Positions 44,559 to 52,514 of a stretch of 52,514 nt of DNA are shown piece by piece (position 1 is the first letter of the stretch; each line of letters opens with the position of its first letter). The translations under genes were made by a program, and so were the position numbers. The notes beneath the pieces were generated by a model. It saw only the letters and a program-made list of their open reading frames with translations. It did no database searches and had not been told where the DNA came from. The DNA is from a virus (lineage: Duplodnaviria; Caudoviricetes): positions 1-52,514 of the IMG/VR virus record IMGVR_UViG_3300017752_000017, one strand, 5' to 3'.

Positions 44559-47018
44559 ATGGCGCGTACAATTCAATCACCCGGTGTAGAGATTAATGAG
44601 ATTGATCTTTCCTTAAGACCCGATCTACCAGTCGGTACAAACATATTAATACCAGGCTTTAGTCCTACAGGACCTGTGGATGAAGTCCTTCAAGTAGCAA
44701 GTCTGTCCGAATTCGAGCAAGTTTACGGGCTACCGACTAATGCTGCAGAGAGGTATTTTTATCACACTGTCCGTGGAGCATTTCAAAGCCCTGGAAACAT
44801 TTATGTATCTAGACTACCATATGGTGCAGATAGGGGTGACACATTTGAAGACAAACATTATTCAGCGACAATATATCCAGTCCGACCTGTAAAGCATACA
44901 TACAATGAAGGTAATGTTGTATCGACTGAGTTTGTTGATGATTATAAAAACTATAATGAGATCAACGGGTATGATATTCACGCACCAGAATTCATCGAGC
45001 TCAATCAAGACCAATATCAGAAATTAATAGATGGTGAAGTTGAGTGGAACTCGACATACACGACCAGCAATGCATCACTCTCAGGTGACAGTGATGGTAC
45101 GATAATGCAGCGTATTGGTAATGCTGGTATTGTTATACTCAATCATCGATCCTTTACAGTAAATGAAAAATTTGAAGGATATTATGTTGGTCTTGCCGAT
45201 TCTGATGATTTCTTTCCTAACTCAAATTATGAGAGTGTTAAGAGTGTAAGAACTATCAATAAAAACTCAGCAACGCAATCAAAGTCACTTGAAAACGCAT
45301 ATCGTGATATACCAACATCTAGATTGTCATTTGGTTTAGATTGTGCAAATGAAACTGCAGAATCAGCTACACCTGGGTTGAATAGATACGCTGAAGGTAC
45401 AGTTTCTGAAGTGGTTGAGAACTTACCATCATTTGATATATCAACAGATGAATTTACAGATATATTAGTGTTAGGTTTATTTAAATTGCGCAAATCAACT
45501 TTAGATCCGGATACAGAAAAACTAGACTATGTACTGTCTGAGTATCATATTGGTTCATTAAACTCTAACAGACAGCAGTACGATCCAAACGGAGGCACTC
45601 CGGTGTCGTTCGCATTAAAAGACCTGACAGACTCATCACCTAATGTTCAGTTGTTTATCAACAAACATATATCCGAATCAGGTGATTGGGTTGACCGGTA
45701 TGGTGACTCTAGAGAAGACAAATATGGTACCCGAACTTCACCAGGTTCTGGTGTTGAAGTTGAAGATTTTGTATCTGAATCTGTATTGTCAAGAATCAAA
45801 ATGACAGTCAAGCCAGAGGCAAAAGCTCTTTTTGCCCATGGGTTGTACAAGGAAGCAGCAGTCACAACCAATCAAGTAGGAGCGATACCGACTAAACTAG
45901 AACGTATATTTGAGTTGATTGACAATCATGAACTATTCCCGCTTGACCTCACACTTGAAGGTGGGTTAGGTACAATCTTCGCCGCTACTAACGGTGGTAG
46001 AGACACCGCGAATTTTGATGACGAAAAAGCGTTAAATTTGATGAGCAGTGCCGCTAATGGTGGACCTTCCTGGGATCCAATAGATGGTCCATCACATGCA
46101 TGGGATTACAGTTATACTGACGGAGAAGGCAAGACTCAAAATTTACTATACAGTGCCGGTCAACATCAATTCCTAGGTGGTCCTGTCATTTGGTATCGTA
46201 ATGTAGCTAATCGATTCGTTGAATTCGCAGAAAAGAAACGGAAAGATCATATGTGTATTCTAGATCCGATGAGACATATTTTTGTACAAGGCGTCAATTC
46301 AACAGTTCTGAGTGACAAAAACAAAAATTTTAGCCAACATGTATACTGGCCACTGCGGCATATTTATTCAAGTATCAACACTAGCTACGGTGCAGTTTAT
46401 GGCAATTGGTCTAAAGTGTTTGACGGTCAATTAGGTAGAAATGTATGGGTGCCAATGAGCGGTTACATGGCTGCTATGTATGCCAATACGGATGCTAATT
46501 ACCAGCCCTGGTTCGCACCAGCTGGTTTCACTCGAGGTGTACTCAATGGTATCGCTGATATCGCAGTTTATCCAAAACAAAAGCACCGTGATCAGTTGTA
46601 CAAAATCAATGTGAACCCGGTAGCAAATTTCCCTAATGATGGGTTTGTAGTATTCGGACAAAAGACATTGCTATCAAAACCAAGTGCATTTGACCGAGTC
46701 AATGTACGTAGATTGTTCTTATACCTTGAGAAAGCCACGCGTGCCACAGTCAAATACTTTGTTTTCGAACCTAACACACTATTCACACGTACACAAGTGG
46801 GTAACGTGTTAGCACCTATCTTTGACCGGGCCAAAAATACACAAGGATTATATGATTACTTGTTAATCTGCGATGAGAGAAACAACACACCTGATGTGAT
46901 TGATCAAAATGAGATGGTGATTGATATTTACATCAAGCCAGTACGAGCAGCAGAATTCATCTTAGTCAACTTCTACGCAACTAGAACAGGTCAAGACTTC
47001 AGTGAATTAGTGTCCTAA
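44559..47018 (+). CDS. gp18: Tail sheath protein gp18
   Basis: SPGVEINEIDLS, PWFAPAGFTRG, GQKTL, FDRVNVRRLFLYLEK, FEPN and YIKPVRAAEFILVNF; AATAAATA at 44531-44538. Confidence 0.96.
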   Translation: MARTIQSPGVEINEIDLSLRPDLPVGTNILIPGFSPTGPVDEVLQVASLSEFEQVYGLPTNAAERYFYHTVRGAFQSPGNIYVSRLPYGADRGDTFEDKHYSATIYPVRPVKHTYNEGNVVSTEFVDDYKNYNEINGYDIHAPEFIELNQDQYQKLIDGEVEWNSTYTTSNASLSGDSDGTIMQRIGNAGIVILNHRSFTVNEKFEGYYVGLADSDDFFPNSNYESVKSVRTINKNSATQSKSLENAYRDIPTSRLSFGLDCANETAESATPGLNRYAEGTVSEVVENLPSFDISTDEFTDILVLGLFKLRKSTLDPDTEKLDYVLSEYHIGSLNSNRQQYDPNGGTPVSFALKDLTDSSPNVQLFINKHISESGDWVDRYGDSREDKYGTRTSPGSGVEVEDFVSESVLSRIKMTVKPEAKALFAHGLYKEAAVTTNQVGAIPTKLERIFELIDNHELFPLDLTLEGGLGTIFAATNGGRDTANFDDEKALNLMSSAANGGPSWDPIDGPSHAWDYSYTDGEGKTQNLLYSAGQHQFLGGPVIWYRNVANRFVEFAEKKRKDHMCILDPMRHIFVQGVNSTVLSDKNKNFSQHVYWPLRHIYSSINTSYGAVYGNWSKVFDGQLGRNVWVPMSGYMAAMYANTDANYQPWFAPAGFTRGVLNGIADIAVYPKQKHRDQLYKINVNPVANFPNDGFVVFGQKTLLSKPSAFDRVNVRRLFLYLEKATRATVKYFVFEPNTLFTRTQVGNVLAPIFDRAKNTQGLYDYLLICDERNNTPDVIDQNEMVIDIYIKPVRAAEFILVNFYATRTGQDFSELVS

Positions 47019-47019
47019 C

Positions 47020-47027
47020 CATAAATA
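47020..47027 (+). promoter_or_regulatory. Late promoter CATAAATA
   Basis: 8 nt upstream of the gp19 ATG. Confidence 0.65.
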
Positions 47028-47035
47028 ATTTAACC

Positions 47036-47587
47036 ATGCCAGACGTAAATCAAACAATAACGGACTTCTATAGAGTATCACAAGAGAGGGATTTTCAACG
47101 CGACTTCCAGTTCCGGGTGCTGAACATTCAAGGAGGCGACGGTACGAGTGTCGAGTTCTCTGAAGACGACTTGGTGTACATCAGGACAGCATCACTACCT
47201 GGTAAGAGCATACAGAACAAAACAGTACCATACATGGGACTGCAGTTCAATATACCTGGTAGTGTACAATATGATGGTTCATCTGCCTGGCAAGTACAGT
47301 TCTACTGTGACCAAACCAGTGCTCTTCGACAAGCATTTGAAAATTATCTATCAGATGTGTTTGATGACTCAACAAGTACTGGTAATTATTTCATGCCTAA
47401 GGCGGATGCGGTTGTAGATTTAGTGCAGCTAAACACACAACTGGAAGCAGTTGCAAGTTATCAATTAGTCGGGGTGTACGCACAATCAATTGGTGCCATG
47501 AATTACAGTCCAGCAGACGGTACAGGTGACACAATGAAGTTTGATACTACATTAGCTTATCAATACTGGAGAAGAACCACCCCGTAA
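47036..47587 (+). CDS. gp19: Tail tube protein gp19
   Basis: TASLPG, VPYMG, WQVQFYCD, VQLN and FDTTLAYQYW; follows the sheath gene. Confidence 0.88.
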   Translation: MPDVNQTITDFYRVSQERDFQRDFQFRVLNIQGGDGTSVEFSEDDLVYIRTASLPGKSIQNKTVPYMGLQFNIPGSVQYDGSSAWQVQFYCDQTSALRQAFENYLSDVFDDSTSTGNYFMPKADAVVDLVQLNTQLEAVASYQLVGVYAQSIGAMNYSPADGTGDTMKFDTTLAYQYWRRTTP

Positions 47588-47614
47588 AAACAGAATTGAT
47601 GCATAAGTATTTGT

Positions 47615-48583
47615 ATGGGTAACATACTCAAGCAAATACAAAAAGGCGCTCAACGAGTCGGAGACATCACCGGCAAAATAACTGATGTTCTAGGTTTTTT
47701 CGGTGCTGATGTTGTTGGTCTGGTTGAAGGTCGTAATTTCCCGTATCGTGATCACTTCCATCAGATGCTTGATACATGGGATTTCTCAATACCCAATAGA
47801 ACACTTTGGGTGGTTCATATACCAGTATTTCCTCCAGGGTTATTTCACGAGACAAACAACAAATCACTAGTCAATCTATTAGACATTAATGGGTTGGGAT
47901 TTGACCATAACGGTCGGAAGTGGAAATTCGCAAAAAATAATAAAACGTTGACACGTTATGAATATCAAGACACACCTGGTGGTTGTGTATTTGCTCAAGG
48001 TGTTGCAATACCTGGCGAAAGTTTTAACGTGCAACATGTGAAACCTGAAAACAATCGCGGAATGATACCCGGTCGGGTTGCCACGGAGCGTGGAGCACCT
48101 GACAATCTGGTGATTGAGTTCCGTGAAACAAATACATCTTTTATTGACAACATTGTTAGACCTTGGTTAATCATGGGTAGTCATTACGGCTTTGTCGCTA
48201 GAGCGGACGACGATATAAAAAATGTAATGTCAACAGTCTACATATATCAGTTGGGTAAGACATTCGCGGGATCTCCGAATGTTCATCGTAAGGTGTGGGC
48301 TTATCATAACTGCGTACCAACTAGACTCAACCCAGTTCAGCTCACATATGATATAGATTCACAGAATGAAATCACCTCAACACAATGGTCGTATACACAT
48401 TATACTGTGGAACAATTACCAGATTTACCTATGCAACTCGTGTTGGATCAAATCATGGGTGGAGGAGTGATGAAAATACTAGATAAAGTCACAAGAGGAA
48501 AATCCGGAGATTTGATCGGAAAGGTGACTAAACCTTTAGACTCAGTCAAAAACGCAGGTAAGGTTTTGAAAAATTTGTTTTAG
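47615..48583 (+). CDS. Baseplate tail-tube initiator-like protein (gp54/gp48-like)
   Basis: Tube-fold motifs VAIPGE, IEFRET, YIYQL, NCVPT and WSYTHY; CATAAGTA (47602-47609) lies 5 nt upstream. Confidence 0.55.
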   Translation: MGNILKQIQKGAQRVGDITGKITDVLGFFGADVVGLVEGRNFPYRDHFHQMLDTWDFSIPNRTLWVVHIPVFPPGLFHETNNKSLVNLLDINGLGFDHNGRKWKFAKNNKTLTRYEYQDTPGGCVFAQGVAIPGESFNVQHVKPENNRGMIPGRVATERGAPDNLVIEFRETNTSFIDNIVRPWLIMGSHYGFVARADDDIKNVMSTVYIYQLGKTFAGSPNVHRKVWAYHNCVPTRLNPVQLTYDIDSQNEITSTQWSYTHYTVEQLPDLPMQLVLDQIMGGGVMKILDKVTRGKSGDLIGKVTKPLDSVKNAGKVLKNLF

Positions 48584-48598
48584 GGTATAAATTTTTAT

Positions 48599-49495
48599 GT
48601 GAACCGTTTTTGTTACGATGTGTATGTACCAAGCATACAATCCAATGTTAAGTTTTATGAATTGATCAATAGTGATTATTTGAGCATGCTCAAATTCTTG
48701 CAAAACAATGATGATGAAGGTCTTTCAGCATTTATAGAGTATTTACTTATACAATTGATCGTTGACAAGAAACATCACCATCAATTCGATCGACTGGATA
48801 AATACTGTATCTTACTCACTGTCATAATGATATCCTCCGGGAATGTACTAGAGTTTACAACGACATGCGCAGAAACTAAAAAACAATACAATATAGAGGT
48901 TGTACTTGGTGAAATCATATCTGCTATAAATGATATTAAAATTTCCGGTACGGAGGTAAACGTGGATAACAACATAAAGATAAAGTTGAGTCCACCTCGG
49001 TCATTACGAGGACCGTTTAACACACCAATAACGAGTATAACTATTGATTCGATTGAGCAAGACACTACCAATTTCACAACAGATCAATTAGACGATTTAA
49101 TATCCGTACTACCTTACAACGTTTTTACAGACTTACAACAGACATATAAAACCATACATGATAGCTGCACCGGTGTTGATTATTTCAGTTACATAAACCC
49201 ATATCAACCTGAAGCTCAACCTATTAAGTATACATTCAATCTGTTTGATGATAGTTTTTATCAATTTATCAAGCTTGTACTCAAAGAAGATTTATTGAAT
49301 TATTACAAGGTTATGTATACATTGACGACAAAATTCAAGTTAGATATGTCATATATCCAAAGCATAACACCCAATGAGACCAAAACATATCTATCACTAA
49401 TCAAACAAGACATAAAGGAGATCAAAGAAGGTCATCAACAAAATCAGCAACAACAACCACCTACACAACCAGTTGCACCTGATCCGGCTGGGTAA
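48599..49495 (+). CDS. Baseplate hub gp26-like protein with C-terminal gp51-like segment
   Basis: YDVYVPS...VKF and DKYCILL gp26 pattern; C-terminal DLLNYYKVMYTL...YIQSITPNETKTYLSLI gp51 pattern. Confidence 0.55.
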   Translation: MNRFCYDVYVPSIQSNVKFYELINSDYLSMLKFLQNNDDEGLSAFIEYLLIQLIVDKKHHHQFDRLDKYCILLTVIMISSGNVLEFTTTCAETKKQYNIEVVLGEIISAINDIKISGTEVNVDNNIKIKLSPPRSLRGPFNTPITSITIDSIEQDTTNFTTDQLDDLISVLPYNVFTDLQQTYKTIHDSCTGVDYFSYINPYQPEAQPIKYTFNLFDDSFYQFIKLVLKEDLLNYYKVMYTLTTKFKLDMSYIQSITPNETKTYLSLIKQDIKEIKEGHQQNQQQQPPTQPVAPDPAG

Positions 49496-49506
49496 TAATT
49501 ATTATA

Positions 49507-50262
49507 GTGAGTGAGCAATACAATAACCTGTTAGAGCAACTTAAGCAGCACAGCGAGTCGTCTCGAGTGTCTATATGGATACCAACCATGAATAAGTCTG
49601 TTGAATTCAAGCCGCTCACCGTGAAGCAGCAGACAGATATCATTGCCGGTGTGCTGTCATCCACCAAGCAACAAAACATATATGCGTATCAAAACATTGT
49701 AGATCAAATAATATTAAGCAATTGTGATGAACAAGATAAGATATCATTGGCTGCGATTGATAGAAATAGCATTCTAGTGCAGATACGTATGTTTACCATG
49801 GGAGAGACATTGCAGATAGACGGTACATCACATGACCTGAAAGAACATGTTGACAGTTACTCTAACCAATGTCTAGATACAGATCGCTTAGACACAACAG
49901 TTGAGTATCAAGGTATAAAAGTTTATGCTTCTGCTCCGAGACTGTTAGATGAATACACACTCAACAACCAGGTGCCAGATTTCTTCAAGAACACAACAGA
50001 TCATGATTCTGTTGGCAAGGTGTTTTTAATTGAGCTCGCCAAATATATAGTTAGTATTGATTTCGATGGAAATGCAATCAAGTTTGAAGAACTGGATCTG
50101 AAGCAAAAGACTCAAATATGTGAGATGTTGCCAATGACACTAAGTCAAAAAATTGTTGAATTTGTTGAGAACGTCCGTGAACTTGAACAACCTTATCTCA
50201 ACATCACAACCGACCAAGGATCTGTAGAGATACCGATCGACTCTCAACTATTTGATCGCTGA
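49507..50262 (+). CDS. Baseplate hub subunit gp26-like
   Basis: IWIPTMNKSVEFKPLTVKQQ, IDRNSILVQIR and YIVSI...EMLP...KIVEFVE. Confidence 0.65.
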   Translation: MSEQYNNLLEQLKQHSESSRVSIWIPTMNKSVEFKPLTVKQQTDIIAGVLSSTKQQNIYAYQNIVDQIILSNCDEQDKISLAAIDRNSILVQIRMFTMGETLQIDGTSHDLKEHVDSYSNQCLDTDRLDTTVEYQGIKVYASAPRLLDEYTLNNQVPDFFKNTTDHDSVGKVFLIELAKYIVSIDFDGNAIKFEELDLKQKTQICEMLPMTLSQKIVEFVENVRELEQPYLNITTDQGSVEIPIDSQLFDR

Positions 50263-50285
50263 ATAAGTACTTTGTAGTACTTATT
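50262..50285. repeat. Perfect 10-bp inverted repeat AATAAGTACT-ttgt-AGTACTTATT
   Basis: Read directly; ends 2 nt before the ATG at 50288. Confidence 0.8.
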
Positions 50286-50287
50286 TC

Positions 50288-51754
50288 ATGAACGAGCGAA
50301 CATTTGAACAGATTGTGGACCGGTTACACCGGTATGTAGATGTGTTGTCTACTGAGTCAATCGATTTGGAGCAGGTTATATATCAGTTAATACAATCAAC
50401 AGATATTGTATTTGCTAACGTGGTACCGATCGATTTACCATCACTAGAACAAACACAGCAACAAACAATAGGTCATCAGTTAGTTCATTTCAAAGGTGAT
50501 CTTAGAGTACCAGAAATTGAAAAGGATCATTTGATACAGGCTGACGAACTAGCTGAATCTGCAGATCCATTTGACGTGAGTTCATTCTTCAGTACACCTT
50601 TTGGTTGGCTTGGTTTGAAGTTGTTACTCACCAGGATGAACAAGCACCGTGCTAGTCGTTATAACAAAAAACCCAAACCATACAATTCCTTAGATGTAGG
50701 TGGTAGATCTAAAGACAGCCGCCTGAAAAAACAACATCCTCATAAAAAACAAAAAAACAAACCTGGCACAAACATTAAGTCACGTAAACGTGATGCTACC
50801 GGTCGGAAAATAAAACAAACGGCAACCAGACCTACTCCTAATAAATTGTCTAGTAAATCGAAAGATTTAGCTGACATTATCGAGGTAGAGAGTGATCGAT
50901 CCGTTGACAAGATTAATAAACAAAACAAAAACTTTCATGAACAGTTTAAAAATCGTTTAGCCAGCGATTTCCCGGATAGGTTCAAGCTGAATCAAAATAA
51001 CCACTTACTGGAGGTTAAACCTGACAATACATACAAACCAGTTTCAAATAAAGATCTTGTAAAACATATGGATGAATTAGTAGTCCTGGATGTAAAGTTC
51101 CCAAAAGCATTAAAAGCTCTGAAAGCTCTAGCAACTGTGGCTGGTGTAGTGTTCACAATTTATGATCTATATAGAGTTTATAATATTGTCACAGACGATA
51201 CATTATCGAGAGATGAAAAAATACAAGGCGTTGTTCCAATAATTGGTGAACTTGTAGGAGCAGGAACCGGTGCTTTGGCTGGTGGTATACTTGGTACTGC
51301 TGTCACAGGTGGTCCATGGGGCACCTTTGCTGGTGCTATTGTGGGAGGAATCACTGGTGCTTTTGCCGGTGATATAGTCGGTGAAGTACTCGCGGGATGT
51401 ATTGTCGACAATATGAATGAAGCACCATCTCACCCTTCAGGTAAGGACTGGGACAAACTCACTCAACAAGAAATTGAACAGTGGATGACGAAAAGAGCTA
51501 CCCAAACTCAGCGTAAGTTTATAGACTCTACAAGTACTCAGGAGTTGGAATCACAGCCACCTGTTTTCAATCAACCAGAATTGCAATTCAAACTGGATGC
51601 AATGCCTGATCGACCAGTTGAAAACACAACAGTATCATCACAACAATTGTCTGACGAGAACGTATCACAATTGATAAATCAGTACATTATTGATAAAAAT
51701 CGTATAAAACAACAACGTCAACAAATGATACGAGATATTGAGCAACTAGTATGA
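50288..51754 (+). CDS. Tail-associated protein with Gly-zipper hydrophobic segments (tape-measure/hub gp29-like)
   Basis: Basic region followed by GAGTGALAGGILG...GAIVGGITGAFAG; lies after the gp26/gp51-like genes. Confidence 0.5.
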   Translation: MNERTFEQIVDRLHRYVDVLSTESIDLEQVIYQLIQSTDIVFANVVPIDLPSLEQTQQQTIGHQLVHFKGDLRVPEIEKDHLIQADELAESADPFDVSSFFSTPFGWLGLKLLLTRMNKHRASRYNKKPKPYNSLDVGGRSKDSRLKKQHPHKKQKNKPGTNIKSRKRDATGRKIKQTATRPTPNKLSSKSKDLADIIEVESDRSVDKINKQNKNFHEQFKNRLASDFPDRFKLNQNNHLLEVKPDNTYKPVSNKDLVKHMDELVVLDVKFPKALKALKALATVAGVVFTIYDLYRVYNIVTDDTLSRDEKIQGVVPIIGELVGAGTGALAGGILGTAVTGGPWGTFAGAIVGGITGAFAGDIVGEVLAGCIVDNMNEAPSHPSGKDWDKLTQQEIEQWMTKRATQTQRKFIDSTSTQELESQPPVFNQPELQFKLDAMPDRPVENTTVSSQQLSDENVSQLINQYIIDKNRIKQQRQQMIRDIEQLV

Positions 51755-52514
51755 GCGACTTTGCCACAGTCTACAACCAATTTTCCGCGCATCTGGAAAA
51801 TAACCAAAATATACAATCAAGCGAGAACGACCAGTTTGAACAACAGCTAGCTACGAGACTGGCCAGCATAACGCGACATGTTATAGTTTCTTCAAAAACA
51901 TTAATAAACAACATGGATATTGTAAGAGATTACCCGCGAGACGTATATATATCACAACCTGGTGAAATCACAAGCTTCACCGGCGAATTTCCAGAACAAA
52001 AACCAACAGAAATAGACATAACGTTACAGCAACAGGCGGGCGATACATCCATGCCATTCTTGCCAATGTTATTACCATTCCTCCCTGGACTGACATTACC
52101 AACAACCTCAAAAATAAGCAACCAACCAAAACCGCCAGTCAAAAAACCAGTACAGACGGTGCTTGATGACAAGACAAGCAAACAAATACCTCAAAAACAA
52201 ATAGAACACCCGGACGAGCAACAAGTAAAACAACAAGAACAAGTTGTGATACAAGAAACTGTACCACTGGTGAAAACAACACCTGATGAAACACCTGCGA
52301 GGATACCTATTGAAACTCAAATCGAACCGGAAATCGAGGTAAAGCCACCTGTCATAATAACACCTAAACCACCACAAGAAACTACGTCACTTAAATTAAA
52401 GCCTGCAAAACCATCTACGGTTGAGATTAAGAAGCCAGTGACTGCCGTTCCACCGAGTTCATCTCCAAAACCAACACCAGTTAAGCCAAATATAACTCTC
52501 AAACAAATGAATCC
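51751..52514 (+). CDS. Pro/Lys/Glu-rich protein, truncated at the window end (tail/baseplate region)
   Basis: ATGA overlap with the previous stop; MSDFATVYNQF... frame stays open to the window end. Confidence 0.7.
   Translation, partial: MSDFATVYNQFSAHLENNQNIQSSENDQFEQQLATRLASITRHVIVSSKTLINNMDIVRDYPRDVYISQPGEITSFTGEFPEQKPTEIDITLQQQAGDTSMPFLPMLLPFLPGLTLPTTSKISNQPKPPVKKPVQTVLDDKTSKQIPQKQIEHPDEQQVKQQEQVVIQETVPLVKTTPDETPARIPIETQIEPEIEVKPPVIITPKPPQETTSLKLKPAKPSTVEIKKPVTAVPPSSSPKPTPVKPNITLKQMN

Noticed and set aside
345-52502. Numerous 60-150 aa ORFs antisense to or overlapping the called genes
   Set aside because: They are shadow frames of genes with clear family motifs and lack promoter or coupling support.
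1-52514. CRISPR arrays, tRNA/rRNA genes, introns, inteins and IS elements
   Set aside because: Intergenic spaces are nearly all under 60 bp, with no repeat-spacer periodicity or cloverleaf seen. gp43, gp41, gp17 and UvsX are of normal length and uninterrupted.
1-52514. Alternative genetic code (stop-codon reassignment)
   Set aside because: Core genes are full length under the standard code, and TAA, TAG and TGA all terminate genes at expected positions.

Overview
Gene-dense, AT-rich segment of a divergent T4-like (myovirus) bacteriophage genome. It carries core replication and recombination genes (gp43, gp41, gp61, gp32, gp45, gp62, RNase H-like 5' exonuclease, UvsX/Y/W, gp46/47, and an Hjc-type resolvase). 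It also carries the late sigma factor gp55, the terminase gp17, and neck, tail and baseplate genes (gp14, gp18, gp19, and gp3/gp54/gp26/gp51-like), in a strongly rearranged order. Among these genes is a complete 7-deazaguanine base pathway (folE, queD, queE, queC and a stand-alone class II glutamine amidotransferase). No DpdA/TGT is visible in this window. Instead there is a purine phosphoribosyltransferase coupled to queE, a P-loop nucleotide kinase, a DUF366 ligase-fold protein, four glycosyltransferases and an NDP-rhamnose epimerase/reductase. I infer that this may be a nucleotide-level (pre-replicative) deazaguanine DNA substitution system with possible further decoration. Reading the intergenic DNA shows that both promoter classes (TTGnnn-N16-TATAAT and the late TAAATA box) usually sit only 5-8 nt upstream of a start codon, implying largely leaderless mRNAs. 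One late promoter lies inside a gene and would produce a nested in-frame isoform. Many late genes begin with a T4 internal-protein-like targeting peptide, including a ligase-motif protein and a HIGH nucleotidyltransferase. All assignments come from motif recognition by eye; no database searches were run.
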